Part shown: piece after piece, positions 38,799-48,479 of the stretch
Numbering within the stretch: position 1 is the first letter of the stretch
Layout of the letters: every line of letters starts with the position of its first letter
DNA from: Dehalococcoidia bacterium
GTDB lineage: Bacteria > Chloroflexota > Dehalococcoidia > Plut-88900
NCBI GenBank assembly: GCA_965197645.1
Contig: OZ240219.1
Location: 384,001-448,000, forward strand
Direction of reading: 5' to 3'
DNA: 64,000 nucleotides
The notes under the pieces: model-generated
Seen by the model: the letters and a program-made list of their open reading frames with translations, nothing else
The model's database searches: none
Told to the model about the DNA's origin: nothing
Program-made: the position numbers and the translations under genes

Positions 38799-39260
38799 CT
38801 ACAGCCCCTGTGCCGCCTCGATCAGCCCTTGGGTATCTGGGATCCCCCGCTCGTACACTTCGCTCAGGCGCACCACGCCCTCTTTATCGATGAGGAAGCA
38901 GGCGCGTTTGCTGTACCCATCGCCGGTCATGATCCCGAACTTCTCGGCCACGTCTCCCTTGGGGTGGAAATCGGCCAGCAAGGGGAACCATAGCTCTCCC
39001 AGGGTCAGCGAGTAGACCTTGTGGCTGAAGATGCTGTCTATGCTCACACCCAGCACCTGGGTGTTGGCCTCCGAGAACCCCCTTCGGGCGGCTCTGAGGG
39101 AGGCCAGCTCGTTGGTTCAGCCACTGGTAAAGTCGAGGATGTAGAAGGCCAGCAGCACGTTCTTATCGCCGCGATACTGGCTCAGGGTGACCTTTTCGCC
39201 GATGGTTGAATCCAGGGTGAAGTCCGGGGCTTCATGCCCTACCTCTATCTGATTAGCCAT
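38799..39260 (-). CDS. peroxiredoxin (AhpC/TSA, AhpE-like) selenoprotein; Sec at UGA 39117-39119; 153 aa
   Basis: APDFTL..LAFYILDFTSG-U-TNELASL..VLGVSID..FPLLADF..RACFLIDKEG, continuous in one frame. Confidence 0.9.
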
Positions 39261-39410
39261 AACGTTCCTTTCTATCGACGGGGCGTTTGAAACAGATCGA
39301 CTCGGGGGATGGGTACGACGGGAATGATATAACAAAATCCGCAGCCTGTCTGCGTGTGGGACGGTGGCCGGCGCGGGGTGTGAAGGTACTATGCCGAAAC
39401 GGTCGTCGGG

Positions 39411-40556
39411 CTATCCGCGTTCCTCGATGGGCACGTACTCCAGGTCCATGGGCCCCGTGTACTGGGCCAACGGCCTGATCAGGATGTTCCGCTCCAACTG
39501 CTCCACCACCTGCAGAGTCCAGCCCGGTATGCGGCCCAGACCGAACAGGGGAATGAACAGGTCGTCGGGGATTCCCAGGAGATGATAGATCGATCCGGCG
39601 TAGAAATCGACGTTCACGAAGATGCCGTGCTTCCGATACGGCGCCATCGCCTCTTCCACGTTGGTGAGGATCTGGTACCACTTGGGCTGGCCTCTCTTCT
39701 CTCCCAGCGTCCGGGACCGCTCCTTCAGGTGCCGCGCCCTGGGGTCTTCGGCCTTGTACACCCGGTGCCCGAACCCCATGATCCGGCCGCCGTTATCGAT
39801 CCTGTTCCTCACGTAGGATTCGGCGTTTTCCGGTGTGCCGATCTCCTCGGTCATAGTCTGCGCTGCCTCGGCCGCTCCGCCGTGGGCCGGCCCCTTCAGC
39901 ACCGCTATGCCGGTGACCACCGCCGAGTGGAGATCGGATGCGGTGCCGGCGCATACCCTGGCCCCGAAGGCCGAAGCGTTGGTTCCGTGCTCCGCGTGGA
40001 GGATAAAGTCCACGTCCAACAGCTTCGCCTCCTCTTCCGTGGGGACCTTATCGAAGAGCATGCGAAGGAAGTCGGCGGCGTGACCCAAGCTCTCGTCCGG
40101 CTCCACCGGGTCCAGTCCCTCCCTGATCCGGTAGTGGGCGGCCACGATGGTGGATGCCTGGGACGTGAGCCGTATCCCTTTTCGTATCGTCGCTTCGGTG
40201 GAGTTGTCCCCCACTTCGGGGTCGAACGCCGAGAGCGCCGAAACGCCGGTCCTCATGACGTCCATCGGGTGTGCGTTCTGGACTGATCGAATAACGTCGT
40301 AGACCGCACCGGGGATAGTTCTGCTAGATTTCAGCTCCCGATCCAGCTCGTCCAGCTGACTGCGAGTGGGGAGGTCTCCATACAGCAACAGGTAGACGGT
40401 CTCTTCGAAATTAGAGTTTTCGGCCAGGTCGTGGATGTTGTAGCCCCGGTACAGGAGCTTTCCTATCTCCCCGTCAATAAAGGAGGCGGCGCTTCTATCG
40501 AAGTAGACACCCTTCAGCCCGCGATTAAGCTTGATCTCTTTCTTGGAGTCAGCCAT
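39411..40556 (-). CDS. citrate (or 2-methylcitrate) synthase
   Basis: LLYRGY, HAEHGTNAS, GPAHGGA, MGFGHRVYKAEDPRA, NVDFY. Confidence 0.95.
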   Translation of the reverse strand: MADSKKEIKLNRGLKGVYFDRSAASFIDGEIGKLLYRGYNIHDLAENSNFEETVYLLLYGDLPTRSQLDELDRELKSSRTIPGAVYDVIRSVQNAHPMDVMRTGVSALSAFDPEVGDNSTEATIRKGIRLTSQASTIVAAHYRIREGLDPVEPDESLGHAADFLRMLFDKVPTEEEAKLLDVDFILHAEHGTNASAFGARVCAGTASDLHSAVVTGIAVLKGPAHGGAAEAAQTMTEEIGTPENAESYVRNRIDNGGRIMGFGHRVYKAEDPRARHLKERSRTLGEKRGQPKWYQILTNVEEAMAPYRKHGIFVNVDFYAGSIYHLLGIPDDLFIPLFGLGRIPGWTLQVVEQLERNILIRPLAQYTGPMDLEYVPIEERG

Positions 40557-41095
40557 AACCAACCTCCGACATAGACTTTAACGGCGTGACGTTCGATGCA
40601 GCGGTGCGAGGACTGGTAAGCTCCGCTAAGGCATCAGTGCATGTGCCCTTTCGGTCATCTCGATAATGAGGGAAGGATTCCACCTGTCGTATATGTTATA
40701 ACGGGCCTTGGAGCCGCTACTCTCGATAAACGCGTAAGGGGTGGTTGAAGATTCCTCCATGTCGGACTTTAGCACCGCCCTATATGGGTGTCAAGAACGG
40801 CGCCAATTAAGTTGACTTTGGCTATGTAAATGGGTTACTCTGTGTTGCCCGTAGACGAGTTAGGCCTTGGTGGAATATGCTCGTACAAGGTCGGGGCGCA
40901 TACCTCGACTGAGGATATCAAAGGCGATTGAAGAAAGGGTTGACAGAGGTCGCAGACCGTAACTGCAGGCTGCGTTCCCAGGTTTTTGGGCACCCAGGCC
41001 GGTTTCCCTTTTCGTTCGTAACCCCACTTCCCTTCGAGTTCACTTCCGTACCCTTGAATAGTAGCTAGCACTCTATACGCTTCTGGAGGAAACAG

Positions 41096-42811
41096 GTGGA
41101 AACCCGAGACTTTGTGGTGAGGTTTGCAGGCGAAGGTGGCCAGGGCGTGGTAACCGCCGCTGAGGGTTTGGCCCAGGCTGCGGCCCAGGTGGGCTATCAC
41201 GTTCTCACCTATGCCACCTTCCCCTCCCAGATCAGGGGAGGCCCAACCTGGACCCAGACCCGCCTGTCCCCAGAACCTGTCCTCAGTTCCGGCGACTATC
41301 TGAACGTCCTGGTGGCCTTCAACGAAGAGGCCTATAAGACCCACCTGGTGGACGTGGCCGAAGAAGGCGTCATCATCTACAACTCCGGGGACTTCCAACT
41401 GGAGTCCGACGGTCGCAGCTTCGGAATCCCCATCGAGGACATGGCCAAGTCTACCGGCAACGCCCGGGCGGCAAACTTCGTCGTCATCGGAGCCCTGGCC
41501 CACCTGGTGGACATGCCCCACGAGTACCTAGTCGATTTCGTTACCAAGCGGTTCACCCGCGGTCGTCCCAACGATCAGGAGATCATCGAGTCCAACATCA
41601 AGGCATTGCTCCTCGGCAGGGAGGGGGCCGCCGAAAGCGGCTTCAGCCTCAATCGTTTGGCTCCAGCCAACAAGCCGGAAGGCGAGCAGATCCTCCTCAA
41701 CGGCAACACAGCCATCAGCCTGGGCGCCATGACCGCCGGTCTGGACTTCTACACCGGATACCCCATTTCGCCGGCTACGACTATCCTCGTATTCATGGAG
41801 CGCAATCTCACCGGCGAAGGCAAATTCGCCTACCAAGCCAGCTCGGAGATCGAATCGATCAACGCCATCGTGGGGTCCGGCTATGCGGGCGGCAAGGCTA
41901 TGACCGCCACCGCCGGCCCGGGGTTCACCCTGATGGGAGAGGGCCTGGGCCTGGCCTGGATGGCCGAGATTCCCTGCGTAATCACCGACGTCCAGCGCGG
42001 AGGCCCGGCCACCGGCCTGCCCACCAAGACCGAGCAGTCCGACCTTCTGACCGCCCTTACCCCCGGTCACGGCGACATGAGGCTTCCGATCATCGCCCCC
42101 GGCAGCACCGAGCAGTGCTTCTACGCTGCTATACAGGCCTTCAACTGGGCCGAGAGATACCAAGGGCCCGTGATTCTCATGACCGAAATGGCCCTGGCCG
42201 AGCGTAACCAGAACATCCCCAAGCCGGACCTCCCCAAGCTGAACATCGAGAACCGGGACGTTTATCGAGGGGATAACGGATACCTCCGCTACGAGGACAA
42301 CAAGCTCTCGCCGATGCCTATTCCCAACGGGCCCGGACCCTACGTGGCCAACGCCAGCGAGCACGATCCCTTTGGCGACACCACACACCGGCCCGACCGT
42401 CACATCCAGATGACCGAGCGGCGCTTCGGCAAGCTGAAGCTGCTCGAAGAGGACGACTACGAGGTAGAGCACTCTGACGAACCGGTAGCCGTTGTTCCCT
42501 GGGGCGGCTCTCGAGGCCCGACCAGAGAGGCATACCTGACACTCATAGAGGCCGGTGACGTTGTAGGCTGGTACTTCACCATGTACCTGAACCCACTCCC
42601 GCCCCGGTTGCTGGAGGAGCTCAGGCAGAAAGAGTTGGTGATCGTCCCCGAGCTGAACTACCTGGGCCAATTTTCCAGCGTCCTCCGCTCTCAGGGCGTC
42701 AACGCAGAATCTATCACCCAGTACACTGGACTCCCCTTCAAGGTCGAAACCCTGGTGCAAAGGATAGGCGAAAGGGTTCGAGCCCACGAAGAAAGGAAAG
42801 CCCGAGTATGA
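41096..42811 (+). CDS. korA: 2-oxoacid:ferredoxin oxidoreductase alpha subunit
   Basis: AGEGGQGV, YPISPAT, TAGPG, QRGGPATGLPTKTEQSD. Confidence 0.92.
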   Translation: METRDFVVRFAGEGGQGVVTAAEGLAQAAAQVGYHVLTYATFPSQIRGGPTWTQTRLSPEPVLSSGDYLNVLVAFNEEAYKTHLVDVAEEGVIIYNSGDFQLESDGRSFGIPIEDMAKSTGNARAANFVVIGALAHLVDMPHEYLVDFVTKRFTRGRPNDQEIIESNIKALLLGREGAAESGFSLNRLAPANKPEGEQILLNGNTAISLGAMTAGLDFYTGYPISPATTILVFMERNLTGEGKFAYQASSEIESINAIVGSGYAGGKAMTATAGPGFTLMGEGLGLAWMAEIPCVITDVQRGGPATGLPTKTEQSDLLTALTPGHGDMRLPIIAPGSTEQCFYAAIQAFNWAERYQGPVILMTEMALAERNQNIPKPDLPKLNIENRDVYRGDNGYLRYEDNKLSPMPIPNGPGPYVANASEHDPFGDTTHRPDRHIQMTERRFGKLKLLEEDDYEVEHSDEPVAVVPWGGSRGPTREAYLTLIEAGDVVGWYFTMYLNPLPPRLLEELRQKELVIVPELNYLGQFSSVLRSQGVNAESITQYTGLPFKVETLVQRIGERVRAHEERKARV

Positions 42812-43701
42812 CTACCGCAAAGGCCAAGGGCAAAGACAAGATCAAGAACCCGGAATACGACTTCAAGTGGTGTCCCGGATGCGGCGACTTTGGTGTGCGC
42901 CGCGCCGTGGAGATGGCCATGGGGGATTGGCGGATCCGCACCGAGAACCCCATCGAGAACACGGTGATCGTCGCCGGCATCGGGTGCTCCGGCAACCTGG
43001 TGCATCTGGTAGAGGGTGACCAGCCCTTCGGAATCCACGGGGTGCATGGGAGAACGTTGCCGCTGGCCTTCGGCGTCAAGATGACCCAGCCCGATCTCAA
43101 CGTGCTGATAGTTGCCGGTGACGGCGACTTTCTCAGCATCGGTGGCGAGCACATCGCTCCCCAGGCCCAGAGAAACCTGGACGTTTGCGCCGTGATCATG
43201 GACAACGGTGTCTACGGCTTGACCAAGGGGCAGAGCTCCCCCACTACGGAACTGGGCGTAAAGACCACCAGCACACCCTACGGCAAGATCGAAGGCTCAG
43301 TGAATCCGCTGGACCTCTATCTCACCTCAGATGTCTCCTTCATCGCCTCCGGATTCTCCGGCAAACCCAAGGACCTGGCCCAACTCATCGGAGAGGGAAT
43401 GGAGCACCCCGGGTTCTCCATCGTTCACGTCCAGTCCCCTTGCACCGAGTACAACGACACCTACGAGCTGCTGAAGGGCAATCCCAAAAAGGGCGTCCAG
43501 GGCGCTCTCCATCCCCTGCCCGACGACTATGACCCCTCGGACCGCAGGGCCGCCTATGATGCCATCCACAGCGATGGCATTCCCATCGGGGTCGTGTACA
43601 AGGACCCCGACTCGGTTCCGATGCAGGAGAGGCAGGAGAAAATGATCGAGCCGGTGAAGCAGAGAACCGTGGAACAGCTCATAGATAGCATTACCATCTA
43701 G
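42808..43701 (+). CDS. korB: 2-oxoacid:ferredoxin oxidoreductase beta subunit
   Basis: WCPGCGD, GIGCS, HGR, GDGD..NGVYGLTKGQ TPP motif. Confidence 0.93.
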   Translation: MTTAKAKGKDKIKNPEYDFKWCPGCGDFGVRRAVEMAMGDWRIRTENPIENTVIVAGIGCSGNLVHLVEGDQPFGIHGVHGRTLPLAFGVKMTQPDLNVLIVAGDGDFLSIGGEHIAPQAQRNLDVCAVIMDNGVYGLTKGQSSPTTELGVKTTSTPYGKIEGSVNPLDLYLTSDVSFIASGFSGKPKDLAQLIGEGMEHPGFSIVHVQSPCTEYNDTYELLKGNPKKGVQGALHPLPDDYDPSDRRAAYDAIHSDGIPIGVVYKDPDSVPMQERQEKMIEPVKQRTVEQLIDSITI

Positions 43702-43738
43702 CTCCCCACATACCAACGTCTACCGGAAGGGCCGCACC

Positions 43739-44494
43739 ATGCGGCCCTTCGTCTTTCGGCAAATGAACGAGATACAGCTCCCGCCAGGTCTGCCTTTTCG
43801 ACCGGCCCACCTGACCGATCTCGGCACGGTGGAGTACGAAAGTGCGCTGGACCTCCAGACGTCCCTCAGAGACCGTCGCATCGCGGGGAACGTACCGGAT
43901 ACCCTCGTGCTGCTGGAACATCCGCCCACCATCACCATCGGTCGCTCAGGCGATACCTCCAACATCCTGGTCTCGGAGAGCCGGCTTGCTCGCCTGGGGG
44001 TGCGGCTTCTCAACACCAACCGCGGCGGCGACGTCACCTACCACGGTCCCGGCCAGATAGTCGGTTACACCATCATGGACCTCCGGCCCTATGGCATGAA
44101 TCTCAGGGCACACCTGAGGCGGTTGGAGGAGGTTATCATTCGGGCGCTTGAACCCTTCGGAATAATCGCAGGAAGAAACGCCTATTACACCGGGGTCTGG
44201 GTTGACGGCAAGAAGATAGCATCGATAGGCCTGCACGTAAGGCGATGGGTAACCATGCACGGCTTCGCCCTGAACGTGGACCCCAACCTGGACCATTTCT
44301 CCCTGATACACCCGTGCGGCATCCCCGGCAGGCCAATGACCTCCCTAGCCCGGCTCCTAGGCCGTCCCGTGGACTCGGAAACCGTTCGAGCCAAGCTGAC
44401 GAGCGCCTTCGCCCAGGTCTTCCGTCTCACCGTTGCCACTGCACCGGACTCCGGACTCACGTCTGCTCAAATCCCGACAGCCTCCGCCGTTTGA
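43739..44494 (+). CDS. lipB: lipoyl(octanoyl) transferase
   Basis: LEHPP, RGGDVTYHGPGQ, KIASIG, HGFALN, PCG. Confidence 0.95.
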   Translation: MRPFVFRQMNEIQLPPGLPFRPAHLTDLGTVEYESALDLQTSLRDRRIAGNVPDTLVLLEHPPTITIGRSGDTSNILVSESRLARLGVRLLNTNRGGDVTYHGPGQIVGYTIMDLRPYGMNLRAHLRRLEEVIIRALEPFGIIAGRNAYYTGVWVDGKKIASIGLHVRRWVTMHGFALNVDPNLDHFSLIHPCGIPGRPMTSLARLLGRPVDSETVRAKLTSAFAQVFRLTVATAPDSGLTSAQIPTASAV

Positions 44495-44560
44495 CTTGGT
44501 ATTGCTATTGTGTAATATTATGCTTGTATAGAAACAGCCCCCTCCCAATCTTCTTCAGCC

Positions 44561-45175
44561 GTGCAGCAAACAAGACGCCAAATACTGGACTGTATCAAGC
44601 TCGGTGGGTCGATGAGCATCGAGCAGCTTGGCGATGAGCTCGGCGTCATGCCCGTCACCGTACGGGCCCATGTCAACGTTCTGGAGCGAGACCAGCTCCT
44701 GCGGGGAGTCGAGCATAGGACCGGCCGGGCCGGCAGGCCGAGTAGGGTCTACTCCCTCACCGAGAAGTCCCAAGAGCTGTTTCCCAATAGCTACGACAAT
44801 CTGGCCACCCATATCCTGGACAGCGTCCGCGAGCTCCACGGTGACGAGAGCGCAGCTCGGCTCATAGATAAGGTCGGCCAGGACATGGCCGACGCCCACT
44901 CGGACGAGCTAGAGAACAAGCCCCTGAGCGACAAGGTAGAGACCGCGGCGAAGATCCTGAACGACAATGGGTGCCTGGCTACTTGGGAGAAGATAGACGA
45001 GAAATACGTGCTAACCGCCCACAACTGTCCTTATCTCCACGTGGCTGAGCACACCCCCGACATCTGTCATATGGAGGTAGCCTTTCTGGAAAAGGCGTTG
45101 CAAACTCGGGTCAGGCTGGACGATTCCCTGCCGGCCGGCAGCCCCCACTGCACCTTCGTGATCGAGGCCCAATGA
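44561..45175 (+). CDS. SufR-like HTH transcriptional regulator (COG2345-like)
   Basis: N-terminal wHTH, GRP..YSLT..ELFP, HNCPY..C..C; TTGACT upstream. Confidence 0.82.
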   Translation: MQQTRRQILDCIKLGGSMSIEQLGDELGVMPVTVRAHVNVLERDQLLRGVEHRTGRAGRPSRVYSLTEKSQELFPNSYDNLATHILDSVRELHGDESAARLIDKVGQDMADAHSDELENKPLSDKVETAAKILNDNGCLATWEKIDEKYVLTAHNCPYLHVAEHTPDICHMEVAFLEKALQTRVRLDDSLPAGSPHCTFVIEAQ

Positions 45176-45278
45176 TCGCAAACTCTCTTCGACAACGACG
45201 CGATGGTCCAGCCCCTTTCAAAAGGGGTTTTTCTTAGGGCGTACTTCATCGAAATAGCTAGCATTCGAAAGGCACGAC

Positions 45279-45587
45279 ATGGCAGAGTTCGTAACCATTG
45301 CTCAGACTACCGAAATAGCCGAAGGCGAGATGGTACAGGTTGAGTTGGGCGACTCAATCATAGCCGTGGCCAATGTCGACGGCGCATTCCACGCATTCGA
45401 CGCTGAATGCCCCCACGCCGGCGGCCCCTTGGACGAGGGCGAGCTGGAAGGAGAGACGGTAGTTTGCCCCTGGCACGGCGGCGAGTTCGATGTGAAAACC
45501 GGAGAGGTGCTGGCGCCTCCCCCTATGGAAGCGCTCACCACCTTCGAGGTACGGGTGGACGGCACCAACATCCAGATCGCCCAGTAG
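45279..45587 (+). CDS. Rieske 2Fe-2S ferredoxin
   Basis: CPH..CPWH. Confidence 0.93.
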   Translation: MAEFVTIAQTTEIAEGEMVQVELGDSIIAVANVDGAFHAFDAECPHAGGPLDEGELEGETVVCPWHGGEFDVKTGEVLAPPPMEALTTFEVRVDGTNIQIAQ

Positions 45588-45748
45588 TTCTCTCCAAGAA
45601 GCTAGCCCCTTCGCAGCGCACTAAGATGCTTTCCAGCTGACCCGGAACTGCGTTAGGTTTCGGCACCCCGGGGCACCCCATTCTGAAGCGGCTGCATCCC
45701 ACCCGCCACGGATTGCATCCGATGGCTCCTCACCTTCCAAGGTATACA

Positions 45749-45800
45749 GCCAGGAAGGGTGCCAGGGGGATGTACGAAAGGGCTTTTTGGACACCCTGCT
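45749..45800. repeat. partial family A repeat, inverted
   Basis: gccaggaagggtgccagggggatg is nearly the reverse complement of 9333-9356. Confidence 0.55.
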
Positions 45801-45819
45801 AAGCCCCCGTTCCTTCCCG

Positions 45820-47187
45820 CTACCCAAGCAGGGGCAGCAGCAGGGCCACCAGGCCCAGGAAGCACAGGAACCCGAACACGTCGGTTATTGTGGTAACGAA
45901 GACGACGGACGCCAGCGCCGGGTCCACCCTCAGCAGCTTCAGGCCCATGGGCATCGCTACTCCGCTCAGCCCCGCCACCATCATGTTGCCCACCATGGCC
46001 AGACCCAGGGCCAGGCCGATGATCAGGCTCCCTTTCCACATCAGGGCCAGCACGCCGGCCACCAACCCCAGAATCGCACCGTTGATCAGCCCCAGCAGGA
46101 CCTCTTTGATCAGCGCCTTCTTCATCGATGCGAACTCGATCTCGCCCAGGGCTAGGCCCCGTATCATGATGGTAAGGGTCTGAGTTCCCCCCACCCCTCC
46201 TTGTCCTGCGATTACAGGAAGAAAGGCGGCGACCACGGCCAGCTGGGCAATGGTAGATTCAAACAGGCTTATGACGCCGGCGGCCAGCCCCACCGTAGCC
46301 AGGTTCAACGTCAGCCAGGGCAGCCGGTTCTGCACCGAAGCCCTCACAGAAGCCACCAGGTACTCCGGCTCGGATAACCCCACCATGTGGTACATATCCT
46401 CAGTGGCCTCCTCTTCCACAACCCCAACCACATCCTCCAGCCTGATGGTCCCCAGTAGCCGAGTCTCTCCGTCTACGACCGGTAGGGTAGAGATATCGTA
46501 GCGCTCCATAATGCGAGCGCACTCCTCCTGGTCTCTCCCCGCCTGTACGTAGATGACATCCGGATCGGCAAGGTCCCTCAGCTTAGCGTCGGGCTCGGCC
46601 AGGACCACGTCACTCAGCGCCACCACCCCTCTCAGACGGTTCCATAGATTGGTCACAAATATCCAGTTGGTCGTCCGCGGCTCCGGCCCCGATTTCCTGA
46701 GCCAGCTCAACGCCTCCGCCGCCGTGGTCTGCTCTTTGAGGGCCACGAACTCGGGGGTCATGATCCCGCCGGCCGTGTCGCCGGCGTGCTCCAGCAGAGG
46801 AGCGACGACGTCCGATTCGGCCATCCCCTCCAGGATCTCCACGCCTCTTTCCGCGGGCATCGCCCGAAGGATGTCGGCTGCTACGGTAGCGTCCGCCTGG
46901 TCCAACCACAGTGAAAGGGTTATCGCATCGGTGTTGGTGACGAGCTCCACGGCCTGGTCGCTGTCCAGGTGATTGAGAATCTCGCCGGCGGTCTCATAGT
47001 CCAGCTGAGAGAAGAGAAGGCGCTGCATTTCGGGGTCCAGAGAGGATATCACCGCGGCCTTGTCCGGACCCCGCATGTCATCGAAGGCGGCCAAAGCCTT
47101 CATCACCTCATCGTTATCGAGGTGAACTCTTATCCGCTCTGTCGCCTCAACGGCGACGCCTAGTATTTCCCGCCTACTGTCTTGCAT
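45820..47187 (-). CDS. mgtE: magnesium transporter
   Basis: TAGGIMTPEF, CBS pair, EEEATED, RLPWL, DPALAS, TTITDVFG. Confidence 0.95.
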   Translation of the reverse strand: MQDSRREILGVAVEATERIRVHLDNDEVMKALAAFDDMRGPDKAAVISSLDPEMQRLLFSQLDYETAGEILNHLDSDQAVELVTNTDAITLSLWLDQADATVAADILRAMPAERGVEILEGMAESDVVAPLLEHAGDTAGGIMTPEFVALKEQTTAAEALSWLRKSGPEPRTTNWIFVTNLWNRLRGVVALSDVVLAEPDAKLRDLADPDVIYVQAGRDQEECARIMERYDISTLPVVDGETRLLGTIRLEDVVGVVEEEATEDMYHMVGLSEPEYLVASVRASVQNRLPWLTLNLATVGLAAGVISLFESTIAQLAVVAAFLPVIAGQGGVGGTQTLTIMIRGLALGEIEFASMKKALIKEVLLGLINGAILGLVAGVLALMWKGSLIIGLALGLAMVGNMMVAGLSGVAMPMGLKLLRVDPALASVVFVTTITDVFGFLCFLGLVALLLPLLG

Positions 47188-47203
47188 GTCGGTTAGACGA
47201 CAC

Positions 47204-47394
47204 AAAAAAGAGAGCAGCGGGGACAGCAGTCCGCCATCTACTCTCCAATTGGTCGGTTCTTCTCGTCCGTTGAAGGGCCGATTTTGATTATCGGCGCTTC
47301 CCGGACTGTAGCAATCTAGTTAACTTCGATAGACAACCCCTTCGTTATTTAGTGATCGTTAAGGGATTCTGGCACACGACGCCCATGGAGTCAA
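47204..47394 (-). promoter_or_regulatory. mgtE promoter and structured leader ending in an intrinsic terminator
   Basis: TTGACT-17 nt-CAGAAT (47394-47366); hairpin 47265-47306; hairpin plus U6 at 47204-47245, just before the start codon. Confidence 0.65.
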
Positions 47395-47627
47395 TGGGCA
47401 TCCGCCGTCTCCCTCTCCGTACGCGTTTTCGGCAACGCGGCCCCGGTGCGCTCCTCCAGCTTGGCTATCAGGCCGGGGCCGTTAGCCAGGGAGGTCGTGT
47501 CCAAATCGATTATGTGCCCACACTGCAGGCACTGAAGGTAGCCCCCGAACCGGTCTCGGTCCCTGGACATAGTGCCCCTGCATCTGGGACATGCGTTACG
47601 TCTCAATTCTCCCCAAGACATTGCCAT
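47391..47627 (-). CDS. small Zn-ribbon protein
   Basis: CPRC..CLQC; AAGAGGTG RBS. Confidence 0.7.
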   Translation of the reverse strand: MAMSWGELRRNACPRCRGTMSRDRDRFGGYLQCLQCGHIIDLDTTSLANGPGLIAKLEERTGAALPKTRTERETADAH

Positions 47628-48117
47628 TCACCTCTTTTCGTGAGTATCAAATCTCCGTGCCGGCCAGTCCTATTCGATGTCGTCTCGGATTGTCTCCTAT
47701 ACGATTCACCAGGTAGTTAGTACGCCGTAACAGGGGATTGTACCTCATAATCTTCCTTATGTCTAGTATCGATTCGCCCTTGTTCCCTTTTGCAATCCCG
47801 TTTCACCTCTTCAAAAGGGGAATCATATCTATAACGAACAAATGAACGAAAAGTCACTCTCTTCTTGACGTGTGGTTGCGATGAAAATGGGTATCCACAT
47901 CCTCGGCGTCCTTGGAATCCAGAGAAAGCGGGAGTGCCGGCGGGGAAGTGCAAAGCCTATGTTCATCCCCTTATCCGGCCTTGCTAAGGCCGTAGAGATT
48001 CTGAAAGGAGCTAAGCGGGGTGAGGAGTCCAGAGCATCCGTCGCCCACCGAACCGGGTCTCTTTTCTGATAAACTCTACCCCGCCGTACTGTGAAGTCAC
48101 TGAGAAAGGAGACGCCG

Positions 48118-48447
48118 ATGTCACAACAGGAGATTCTACTGGTCACGTCGGACGAGGTGCCGGGAAGGAAGGTGGTCGAGGTGCTGGGACTCGTAAAGGG
48201 CACCTCGGTGAGAGCTCGTAACGTGGGACGCGATATCCAAGCCGGCCTACGCTCTCTCGTAGGTGGGCGTATCGGGGTCTACGTGGAGCTGTTGACCCAG
48301 AGCCGGGAAGAGGCGGAGTCGGAGATGGTGGAGGCGGCCCGGGTGATGGGGGCCAACGCCATCGTCGCCTTGCGGATGGCCACTTCTCAGGTTATGGGCG
48401 ATGCCGCCGAGGTGCTCTCTTATGGGACAGCCGTTAGGTTGGAGTAG
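48118..48447 (+). CDS. YbjQ/UPF0145 family protein
   Basis: GLVKG..RDIQAGLRSLVGG..Y..R..A..GANAIV..YGTAV. Confidence 0.92.
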   Translation: MSQQEILLVTSDEVPGRKVVEVLGLVKGTSVRARNVGRDIQAGLRSLVGGRIGVYVELLTQSREEAESEMVEAARVMGANAIVALRMATSQVMGDAAEVLSYGTAVRLE

Positions 48448-48479
48448 CACTGGCTGCTCAAACTACCGTCCGGCCGGGT

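Noticed and set aside
40655-40730. SAM-I riboswitch-like fragments upstream of citrate synthase (UUAUCGAGAG..GGCCCG..GGUGGAAUCC..GAGAUGA on the minus strand)
   Set aside because: The GGAGGGA kink-turn and GCAAC core are missing and the downstream gene is atypical; at most a tctcgataa direct repeat
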